A stretch of 64,000 bases of DNA, from the NCBI GenBank assembly GCA_964016885.1, contig OZ024747.1:42656001-42720000 (forward strand), in the 5' to 3' direction. The number at the start of each line of letters is the position of its first letter. The first letter of the stretch is position 1. The stretch is from Eledone cirrhosa. Its lineage: Eukaryota. This document shows, piece after piece, positions 52,343 to 64,000 of the stretch. The notes under the pieces are model-generated. The model did not search any database. It was not told where the DNA came from and saw only the letters and a list, made by a program, of their open reading frames with translations. The translations under genes were made by a program, and so were the position numbers.

Positions 52343-52474
52343 AATATGGTTTTATAAATATAGTTTCCATTTATTTAATATCGTAAATATACTCCAAATA
52401 CTTGTTGAGTGCTTTTATATCAGTTATAAATATTTACTAGTTGTAACCCAACAATTTAAATATAACTTTCCATG

Positions 52475-52519
52475 TATAAATATATATATATATAAATATA
52501 CATATACATATATATATAC

Positions 52520-52560
<41 letters not shown>

Positions 52561-52697
52561 CATATACATATATACATATACATATATATACATATAAATA
52601 TATATATACATATATATATACATATAAATATATATATACATATATATATACATATAAATATATATATACATATATATACATATAAATATATATATAC

Positions 52698-52730
<33 letters not shown>

Positions 52731-53194
52731 CATATACATATATATATATATACATATATATATATACATATACATATATATATACATATATATATATATA
52801 CACATATATATATATATACATATATATATATACATATACATATATATATATACATATACATATATATATACATATATATATATATACACATATATATATA
52901 TATACATATATATATATACATATACATATATATATATACATATACATATATATATACATATATATATATATACACATATATATATATATACATATATATA
53001 CATATAAATATATATACATATACATATATATACATATAAATATATATATACATATACATATATATACATATACATATATATATACATATGCATATATATA
53101 TACATATACATATATATATACATATACATACATATAAATATATATATACATATAAATATATATATACATATAAATATATATATACATATAAATA

Positions 53195-53283
<89 letters not shown>

Positions 53284-53343
53284 ACATATAAATATATATA
53301 TACATATATATATATACATATATATATATACATATATAATATA

Positions 53344-53394
<51 letters not shown>

Positions 53395-53616
53395 ATATAT
53401 ATATACATATATATATAAATATATATATATACATATATATATATACATATATATATATACATATATATATAAATATATATATAAATATATATATAAATAT
53501 ATATATAAATATATATATAAATATATATATAAATATATATATAAATATATATATAAATATATATATAAGTATATATATAAATATATATATACATATATAT
53601 ATAAGTATATATATAA

Positions 53617-53703
<87 letters not shown>

Positions 53704-53742
53704 CATATATATATAAATATATATATATATACATATACATAA

Positions 53743-53777
<35 letters not shown>

Positions 53778-53808
53778 CATATATACATAAATATATATAT
53801 ATATATAC

Positions 53809-53873
<65 letters not shown>

Positions 53874-53948
53874 AATATATATATATATATACATATATAT
53901 ATAAATATATATATATATATACATATATATATAAATATATATATATAC

Positions 53949-53981
<33 letters not shown>

Positions 53982-54202
53982 CATATACATAAATATATAT
54001 ATATATATACATATATATATAAATATATATATATATATACATATATATATAAATATATATATATATATACATATATATATAAATATATATATATATATAC
54101 ATATATATATACATACATAGATATATATATACATATATATATACACATATAAATATATACATATATATATTTATATATATACATATATATACATATATAG
54201 AT
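52475..54202. repeat. 1.7-kb (TA)n compound microsatellite
   Basis: Direct inspection. Confidence 0.97.
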
Positions 54203-55069
54203 ATCATCATCATCATCATCATCACCGTTTTACGTCCGTTCTTCCACGCTAGCATGGGTTAGACGGGTTGTCCTGTTGTGGGCAGTGTCTGGTCGGCTGA
54301 CCATGCCTTGCTCATACAGGAACTGATCTGGCTTGATTTCTACAGCTGGATGCCCTTCCTAACACCAACCTCATTTACAGTGAGTGCTGGGTGCTTTTTC
54401 GTGGCGCCTACACGTCCACTTTACAGTGTGGGCTGGGTGCTTTTTTGCCGTGGCACCTCCACGACCACCTTGCGGTGGGGGGGGGGGGGGCATATTGTTT
54501 ATATGCTTCAGCATGTACCCATGGGAGGTCGGGTACCCTGTATTACTGCGTGACGCCAGAAGTCACGGTCGTGTGTCATTGACTTTGAGAGGTGTAGTTG
54601 GGTAAGGTCGGCTTTTATCACCTCATCCCAAGTCATCTTGGGTCTCCCCACTCCGCGGTTTCCATCAACTTCTAGTGCTCTGCACCTTTTTATGCAGCTG
54701 TCATCCTTCATACGCATCACATGTCCATACCAGCGTAACCGCCTCTCCTGCACGCAGCATTTGATTCCTCTTATGCTCAGTCTCTCTCTCAATTCATTTA
54801 TGCTTTGTCGTTCACGTATATTACTGTTACACATCCATCGGAGCATGCAGGCTTCGTTTCTCTCTAATCTACGTAAGTCTTCCACCTTCAGCGCCCAGGT
54901 CTCACTACCATGCAACATCGCTGTTCGGATACACGCATCATACAGTCTGCCTTTCATTCTGAGGGAGAAGCCTTTTGCAGCTAGCAGTGGTAGTAGTTCC
55001 CTAAACTTCTTCCATCCCGTTCTTACCCTAGTTATTGTACTTTCTGAGCACCCACCTCCGTTGCTAATT
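54203..55069 (-). mobile_element. RTE family B 3' fragment
   Basis: Essentially identical to the reverse complement of ~48818-49680. Confidence 0.97.
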
Positions 55070-55254
55070 GCTATACATATATATATACACATATAAATAT
55101 ATACATATATATATTTATATATATACATATATATATATATACATATATAGATATATATATACATATATATATACACATATATATACACATATATATATAC
55201 CAATATAAATACATATATATATAAATATATATATACATACATATATATATATAC

Positions 55255-55285
<31 letters not shown>

Positions 55286-55382
55286 CATATATATATACAT
55301 ATATATATATATATACACATATATATATACATATATATATATATATACACATATATATATACATATATATATATATATACAC

Positions 55383-55420
<38 letters not shown>

Positions 55421-55528
55421 ATATATACATATATATATACATATATATACAAATATACATATATATATACATATATATACAAATATACATATAAATATAT
55501 ACATATATAAACAAATATACATATAAAT

Positions 55529-55579
<51 letters not shown>

Positions 55580-55757
55580 TACATATAAATATATATATAA
55601 ATATACATATACATATAAATATATATATATAAATATACATATAAATATACATATACATATAAATATATATATATATAAATATTTATATATATATGTATAT
55701 TTATATATATATATTTATATATATATGTATATATATATGTATATATATATATGTATA

Positions 55758-56826
55758 TGAAAAAGAACACAAGAGCGTCTACAACATCAAAATATTTTTA
55801 TTGGCTAACAATGTTTCTTCCTTACGTAACCGTAGGATTCGTCAGAGCTATAAAAGGGGTTTGATTGGTGTTATGGACTCTACCAACCAAACACTCAAGA
55901 ACAAAGAGTAAAGAGAGTGAAGAGCAAAAGTAGGGGACGATAAGTCTAATTTTGGTGCGGGAGGGTGGGGTGTTGGTCCTTGTTTACTAGCTGCGGTCAT
56001 ATTCATTCCCGGGAGTCGGGTGGTTAGCTGAACCATAGATGGGGTGGCGTCGATAGTATGGTGCAGAGGGTGTGCAGAGGCTACACAAACACAAAGGGCG
56101 TAGAATACATATATACATATAGCGGAGGAGAAGGTACATGAGGTAATTAGAAATGGAAAAAGAGTAATCATAATAATCTATAATTAATTGTGTATAATAA
56201 GGCATGGGGAAGATTACACTATAATAAGGTATAAAAGTAAGAATAAGGTAAAATATAAAGGAGGATAAAAGTGGAAATAATAAAGATAAAAAAAATATAT
56301 ATAGAGAATATATAAAGAAATATAAGCGAATATTTGGAGGGGAAAACACAATGTAAAAAAAACACAATGTTAAAAAACCGATTTTTTCAAATAATAATAA
56401 AAAAAATATAATAATTATGGGAGGAGAAAACAGGATAGAGAAATATGATCAAGTGTGATTAGTTGAGAGAATATAAGATGATAATAGTTATGTCCAGTTT
56501 ATACATCTTAATAATAAATAATAAATAATATATAATATGTGTATCAGAGTTGCAGAACCCTCAATTCACTTACGGGTTCAAGCCACGTGGCATGGTCCGT
56601 TGTTTATCTGTGCGGTCATGTGTGTTTGTTTTTGACACCACAGCAGATGCACAAGTTTGTAAATTCCAATGCAGATAGAAATCAATTTTTGCTCACCCGG
56701 ACATTGACTGAGGATCCAATATTCCTAGTTCAATATGTGTTTGGTGTTATTTTGGTCGCACAAATCAATCAATTGGTTCAATATATGGAGTATGGTTTTC
56801 TGGTCTTCGTAGCAGTGTCAGTGGTT
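55758..56826 (-). mobile_element. Probable PLE 3' UTR/pLTR fragment between TA tracts
   Basis: Hammerhead near its minus-strand 3' end; TA flanks; no recognisable ORF. Confidence 0.55.
55802..55850 (-). ncRNA. Minimal hammerhead motif
   Basis: TAGCT-CTGACGA-A-TCCTACG-GTTA-CGTAAGGA-A-GAAA-CATTG-TT-AGCCA. Confidence 0.68.
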
Positions 56827-56887
56827 GTATATTTATATATGTATATATATGTATATTTATATATGTATATATATATATATGTATATT

Positions 56888-56952
<65 letters not shown>

Positions 56953-56978
56953 TTATATATATATATATATATATATAT

Positions 56979-57548
56979 AGTATAACAAAGTGCAGGGCAA
57001 TAAAGATAGACGGTAGTCACGGAATAGGCAGACCTAGAAAAACCTGGGACGAGCTGATAAACTCCGACATCACACACTTACACCTCTCCAAGACAATGTC
57101 ACTGGACCGAGACCTTTGGCGGTACTCAGTAACAGAGAAGACCCGCCTTACCTAAATATATAGTAAAACCTACTCCAGCCAGTAGGCATCTCTAACAAAT
57201 ACACCCCGTCCCACCACCCCCACCCGATCCACACCACCCCGTTCTATGTAAAGTTATGTTGGTGCCGCGCCATCGAGGCCGAAACAAATGAGATCGTGTA
57301 GGTGTCACGACAAAAAAACACACAGTCCACGCTGTAATGTGGCCGTGTAGGCAACACGGTAAAAACCTCCCAGACCCACACTGTAAATGTGGTTGGTGTT
57401 AGGAAGGGCATCCAACTGTAGAAAACCTGCCAGACAGTCCTATGCGAGCAAGACAATCACTCTTGCCTCAAGTGGGACTACCCCCGTCCAAACCCATGCA
57501 AGCGTGGAACACGGACGTTAAACGCTGATGATGATGATGATGATGATG
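56979..57548 (+). mobile_element. RTE family A 3' fragment
   Basis: Matches ~44109-44675; (GAT)n tail. Confidence 0.95.
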
Positions 57549-57588
57549 TATATTTATATATATATATATATTTATATATTTATATATT

Positions 57589-57756
<168 letters not shown>

Positions 57757-57770
57757 TATATATATATATT

Positions 57771-57806
<36 letters not shown>

Positions 57807-58097
57807 AAAACAAATAACGAAACGAAATTAAATTTCGTTTCGTTTGTAACTCACTTTTGTATGACTGACGCTTAAACAATTAAGTTAAAAATGTACATCC
57901 ACATATGTATACTGAAATACTAGTATGCATATGAATACACACACGTGTACATATGTAGATGTACCGAGTTTTTCACTGGACACTTTACTGTGAGTGTCCA
58001 GCTATTCTGTATGTAAACACACAGACAAACCGGTTTTTAGAGTCATACTGGTTTTCGAGGAAACACCTTTCCTCTATTCTCCAGAGAGCCAGACAGG

Positions 58098-58142
58098 AAT
58101 ATTGGACTAGTTTCGATGTTGTTACATCTCATCAGCAATATT
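58098..58142 (-). ncRNA. Canonical minimal type I hammerhead
   Basis: Reverse complement of 58297-58341. Confidence 0.88.
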
Positions 58143-58296
58143 TACCTATCTTCCGGCCTTTCTAGAGAATCGTCTCCGCTGAACCGGTACGTACTCACGC
58201 TCTATGCAAACTAGTCTGCCCACTACTAATTTTCATAGAAAAAGCATATAACGATATGTGCTTTTACGATTCTCTAGAAAGGCCGGAAGATAGGTA

Positions 58297-58341
58297 AATA
58301 TTGCTGATGAGATGTAACAACATCGAAACTAGTCCAATATT
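58297..58341 (+). ncRNA. Canonical minimal type I hammerhead (GUC site)
   Basis: AATATTG-CTGATGA-GATGT-AACA-ACATC-GAAA-CTAG-TC-CAATATT. Confidence 0.9.
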
Positions 58342-58801
58342 CCTGTCTGGCTCTCTGGAGAATAGAGGAAAGGTGTTTCCTCGAAAACCAGTATGACTCT
58401 AAAAACCGGTTTGTCTGTGTGTTTACATACAGAATAGCTGGACACTCACAGTAAAGTGTCCAGTGAAAAACTCGGTACATCTACATATGTACACGTGTGT
58501 GTATTCATATGCATACTAGTATTTCAGTATACATATGTGGATGTACATTTTTAACTTAATTGTTTATATATATATATTTATATTTATATATATATATATT
58601 TATATATATATATTTATATATATATATTTATATATATATGTATATATATAAATATACATATATGTATATACATATATATATATAAATATACATATATATA
58701 TAAATATACATATATAACTTTGAATAACTTTGAAATGTTTTGGCCAGTATTGGCCCAGGCCATGTCTAACTTAATAGCACCACCTGGCGAAGTCTTTCAA
58801 T

Positions 58802-61800
58802 TCAGGATTTGGGCACCATGGCCCATTCGAGAAGAGAATTACTGTTTGCGGAGACATATCCGGGTGTGGGTGGTTTGTCTGGGATTACTTGGAGGAATTT
58901 GTCCAAAGACTTCTTGAATTTTGTGTGGTCAGTTTCTGTTTTGACGTGTCCTGGTGTGATGTTGAAAAGAGCAGGGCCGATTGAGGTGAAATAATTGTGC
59001 CGTATTGTTGTTATGAGTTGCGATTTAGATTTTTGAATGGGACGGATAGCACGGGGCCCAAGCCTTGGGTGTATCTTGAAGGCGATGCCAACATCATTTG
59101 GGCAGTGATGATGGAACATTTTCCACATCATGCAGATAATATAATGCTCACGGCGACGTTGGAGTGAGTAAAGTTTCAGGTTTTCTAGTCGACCCCAGTA
59201 GTCAAGGTCTGACATGCCATCTATCTTTTTCGTGATTGCCCTTTGAGGAGCTTCAAGTTTCATGATACTTTGTTTCGTGTGGGGAGACCACAGTGGACAA
59301 CAGTATTCAAGGTGTGGTCGGGCAAAAGTAGAGAAGAGGAGGATAATTGTGTGGGAATCTCTCGACTGGAAGGTTCTGAGGATCCAGGAACACATTCTGC
59401 GGGCCATGTCAACTTTGCTGCTTATATGCGTGGCCCAGCTTATGTTGCTGTCCACGGTTACTCCCAAGTCTCTGATGTTGTTAGATGCCACGAGAGTTTC
59501 CCCGGAGGGAAGGGAGTACGGGAGTTTCAGAGCATCCTCTTTTCCAAAGTGGATCAGTTCGAATTTGTCTTCGTTCAGTAACATGTTGTTCTTTTCCGCC
59601 CATTGGGTAACAGCCAGTAGGTCTGACTGAAGGCTTATCCGGTCATCCACGCCATTGATGACCTTTTGGAGCTTGGAATCATCAGCGAAAATTTTAATGT
59701 TGCTGTGTTTGATGATGTCAGTGATGTCATTAATATAGATGATGAAGAGAAGTGGGCCCAACACAGTGCCTTGTGGGACCCCACTACTGACTTTGGCTGG
59801 GCTGGATTTGACTCCTTCAACTACAACATGTTGGGTTCTATTTGACAGGAAGCTCTTGATCCACTGCAGCAGCTTTCCAGTGACACCAATATTGGACAGC
59901 TTTCTCAGTAGAATGTTATGATCAACCCTGTCAAAGGCCTTGCTGAAATCAAGGTAGATAACATCAGTGTTGGAACCCTCTCCCAAGGCTCTCAAAATGT
60001 CATCAAAGTGATGCAGTAGCTGCGTCAGGCAATCCCTTCCATTACGGAATCCATGCTGGTTGGAGTTCAGCATATTGTTACTCTCGAGGAAGTGGGTCAT
60101 TCGCGATCTCACCACTCTCTCAAATACCTTAATGATATGAGAGGTGAGTGAGATTGGACGGTAATTCACGGCAAGGGATTTGTTTCCCTTTTTGAAAACT
60201 GGGACAACAGACTGGGATAGAAGGTTTTCTGGCACATATCCAGCATCCAGTGAGTTCCGCAACAGATTGGCAAGAGGAGATGCAAGTTGGTGTTGACACG
60301 CCTTCAAGACACAAGCAGGGAACCTATCGGGACCTACTGCTGAATTATGTTTGATTTCCTTTATTGCCGCTAAGACATCAGGGGCGCCAAACGTTATGTC
60401 CGATAAGCTGTAATGGGGAGTAACATCGCCGATACAGCCCAGATCGGCCATATCAGGATTGCTGAAAACAGAGCAGTATTGTTTCTGCAGTATCTCACCC
60501 ATGGTTTTAGCATTGTCTTGAAGAGTGCCATTTTCATCAATTAGAGGGCCAACAGTAGAGCCAGTGATTTTGTGTTTTTTTGCAAATGAAAAGAACACTT
60601 TGGGATTGAGTTTGATCTTCTCAATGGCCCAGGCCTCTTCAGCTCTTCTCTGATTGTTGATGAGGGACATTATGTTGTTTTGGAGGTTATGTTTTTTAAT
60701 CTCTAGTGATGAAATGGCAGTCAAGTTGATGTGTTGCTGCTGACAGTATTTCAGCTTGTTGATTTTTTAGTTCGTTCTCTTAATTTTTCTGATGAGCGTT
60801 TTTCTATTTCTAGGGATTCTGCTCTTAGATTTGTTTATAGTTCTTAATGGGGTGTGTTTTGCACATATGTTTGTAACAGTGTCTACAAATGTCTGCCAGG
60901 ACTTTTTGATGTTAGTGGGTGTATGAGTGTGCGTGAAGGACCAGTCGACATGTGCAAGGTCATGACTGATCGCTTCCCAGTTTGCATTGTGGAAATCCAT
61001 AGCGTCAAACGGATGGACAGGAGAGATGACATTGGGTTTGTATATTGGACGGTGGAATCTCAGATCACAGAGAACCATGTCATGATCAGAGAGTAGAGTT
61101 TTCTCCACTGCAATATTGTGGATATTGTCAGTGTGATTGCTGAAAATTAAGTCTAGGACGTTTTTGTGGCACCTCGTTGGTTCGAGCACCAGTTGGGATA
61201 GGAAGAAATCATCCATGAAGTCAAGAAGCGATTCCACTGCTTCCCTGTCAGAGGTTGAGGCAGAAGAACCTGGTGGCAGGCTGTTTGTGGACCAGTCAAC
61301 TCCGGGGAGGTTGAAGTCCCCCATCATTAAGATGTTGTCAGGGTGACACTCTTGGATGAAACACTTTATGCTGTTGAGGCATTCCTTGAAGCATGGTACA
61401 GGCGTTTGGGGTGGCCTATAGAGCCCAACTACTATTAGGTTGTTGGTTTGACTGAATACAGTGACTGCTTCACAGTATCCATTAGTGAATATGTTCATAG
61501 CCTCTGTTGAGAAAGAATTATGGACATAAATGGCAGTCCCGCCCTTTCTTCTGCCAGCGCGATCAGCACGGATGGCTTTGAAATTTTTCACTTTCACCTC
61601 GGCTTCCAAGTGGAGGTTACTGAGATGGGTTTCAGTGAGGACGAAAAAAGGGATGTGGTTTGGATGGACATCAATCCAGTCCTCCAGGAATTTGATCTTC
61701 CATTTTTGAGTATTGGTGGAAGGGCTGATGCCTTGGGCGTTAAGCAAAAATGTAGAGGCGAGAGTGGATGGTTTTAATTGTTTTGGTGTGTTGTTAATTT

Positions 61801-61822
61801 GTTTGTTTGTTAATGGCAACAA
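58802..61822 (-). pseudogene. CR1-group ORF2 (APE + RT, ~1006 codons) with a single in-frame TAA at 60767-60769
   Basis: LTETHL, GLYRPP, GDFNLP, LDLIF, LSDH; NYRPISLT, QHGFR, YLDFSKAFD, SGVPQGTVLGPLLF, FADD, PHLEY; the two track ORFs are in the same frame. Confidence 0.95.
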
Positions 61823-62572
61823 TGGGAGTTTGTGCAGTGGGGTGATAGTGGAGGGTGGTGCTGGGTGATAGCTCGAATGTTTTTTTCCAGTTCTTTTGCC
61901 AGATTCATTATGGCTAAAAAAGAGGAAGAAGTTTCCTGTTTAGAAGACTGTTGGTGACTGTGGTAGTGGTTATTTTTATGTAGGTTATGGTTTTTGTTTT
62001 TGCTTTTATTTTTAATTTTATTTTCATTTGTCCGACGGGTCCCCGGGAGATGGGTAAAGGGACAATCCCGGTCTAAACACAATCTGTCTCGCAGGGAAAA
62101 CCGGCAGATTTGTGGATTCCTTGTTTGAGTTATTGGTGGTTGTGTTGGTGTTAAATTAGAGTATGTATTATGGTGGTGGCTGTTTGTGGGGATAGATCGT
62201 TTTGTCCTAGGTAAATTGGGTGAATTTGCAGCCACTATCCGTACATATTCTATAGCGTAGAGAGTAGCGGCAAATGATGGGGTTTCGAGTGGGTGGGTAT
62301 GTGGGTGTGTGTGTTGTGAGAGGTGTAGATGATGGTTTGAGTAGGATTTGACGACCTTTGTGGACTGTGGGAGGGAGAGTTCTTGTTCTGGTATTAGAAG
62401 GTAAATTCCTTGAAATAGCAGTAGCCAAAGATGTTGTAGTAGTAGTAGTAGGCAGAGAAGATGTTGGCAGTGGTGATGATTGGACTGCTGGGCCAGAGAA
62501 AGGATGTGGCGTTTCCTGCTGTGAGACAGAGGCTACTGGGAGGTCAATAGTTTCATTTAGTAGATCGGCCAT
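61810..62572 (-). pseudogene. CR1-group ORF1 with two CCCH-type motifs; 1-bp frameshift at ~62215
   Basis: MADLLNE start; [19 protein letters not shown](H)LP and ICRFSLRDRLCLDRDCPFTHLP. Confidence 0.7.
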
Positions 62573-62599
62573 TGTTGATGAATCAAGGAGTGGTTCACA

Positions 62600-62702
62600 C
62601 TGTTGTTGTTGTTGTCGTTGTTGCTGTTGTTGATGTTGTTGTTGCTGCAGCTGTTGTGGTTGTTGCCGTTGTAGCTGCTGTTGTTGTTGTTGCTGCTGCT
62701 GG
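62600..62702 (-). repeat. (CAA/CAG)n tract in the LINE 5' region
   Basis: Direct inspection; reads poly-Q in the ORF1 frame upstream of the ATG. Confidence 0.9.
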
Positions 62703-62797
62703 ACAGCATTCGAAGAAAAAACACACCGTAGTTTATCCAAATGTTTATTGATTAATTTAAAAGCAATTTCGATTTGCTTTAATTTATTTTGAATCTG

Positions 62798-62862
62798 TAA
62801 ATATACATATATATATAAATATATATATATAAATATACATATATATAAATATATATATATAA

Positions 62863-62901
<39 letters not shown>

Positions 62902-62924
62902 TACATATATATATATATATATAA

Positions 62925-62955
<31 letters not shown>

Positions 62956-63072
62956 AATATACATATATATATATATATATAAATATACATATATATATAT
63001 ATATATATATAAATATACATATATATATATATATATATAAATATACATAAATATACATATATATAAATATAC

Positions 63073-63103
<31 letters not shown>

Positions 63104-63206
63104 CATATAAATATACATATATATATATATATAAATATACATATATATATATATAAATATACATATATATATATATATATAAATATACATATATATATAA
63201 ATATAC

Positions 63207-63247
<41 letters not shown>

Positions 63248-63248
63248 A

Positions 63249-63287
<39 letters not shown>

Positions 63288-63306
63288 TACATATATATAT
63301 ATATAA

Positions 63307-63343
<37 letters not shown>

Positions 63344-63488
63344 TACATATATAAATATACATATATATATATATATATATATAAATATACATATATATAT
63401 ATATAAATATACATATATAAATATACATATATAAATATACATATATATATATATAAATATACATATATATATATATACATATATATAA

Positions 63489-63519
<31 letters not shown>

Positions 63520-63980
63520 AATATACATATATATATATATATATATATAAATATACATATATATATATATACATATATATATAAATATACATATATATAT
63601 ATACATATAAATATACATATACATATATATATAAATATATATATACATATATATATAAATATATATATATAAATATACATATATATATATATACACATAT
63701 ATATATATATACACATATATATATATATATACATATATAAATATACATACATATATATATATAAATATATACATATATAAATATACATATAGATATATAT
63801 ACATATATATATATACATATATAAATATACATACATATATATATATAAATATACATATAGATATATATACATATAGATATATATACATATATATATATTT
63901 ATATACATATATATATATATATATATACATATATAAATATATATACATATATAAATATATATACATATATAAATATATGT
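62798..63980. repeat. (TA)n compound microsatellite
   Basis: Direct inspection. Confidence 0.97.
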
Positions 63981-64000
63981 ATTAGTTATACTATTTATGG

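Larger units (their letters stand above)
57806..58565. mobile_element. Non-coding palindromic element (arms ~57874-58173 and 58266-58565), probable PLE pLTR pair
   Basis: ~300-bp perfect inverted arms (mirror ORFs 57959/58274) each carrying a hammerhead; TA flanks. Confidence 0.85.
58717..62797 (-). mobile_element. CR1-group LINE, near full length
   Basis: ORF1-like region, APE + RT ORF2, short 3' UTR ending in (TTCAAAGTTA)x2; TA tracts on both sides. Confidence 0.93.

Overview
AT-rich eukaryotic DNA, almost entirely repeats. The SINE/LINE repertoire and huge (TA)n/(TACA)n tracts suggest a cephalopod (octopus-like) genome; this is inference. No host protein-coding gene could be established, and most ORFs in the track are microsatellite noise or antisense shadows. 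Positions 1-25 kb hold a decayed RTE LINE, a 4.5-kb 49/50-bp minisatellite with a 1542-bp internal duplication, many tRNA-derived SINEs, small MITEs and R4/Dong-like fragments. Positions 25-64 kb form a dense retroelement island in which nearly every insertion sits in a (TA)n tract. It contains young RTE LINEs with a PHD-type finger inside ORF2 (one ORF intact), a near full-length CR1-group LINE, and many Penelope-like element (PLE) pieces with inverted pseudo-LTRs. The most striking signal, found by reading both strands, is about 13 type I hammerhead ribozyme motifs. Many have a non-canonical mismatch closing stem II and a palindromic stem III, and two have a ~100-nt stem II. Boundaries were read by eye and are approximate to a few bases.
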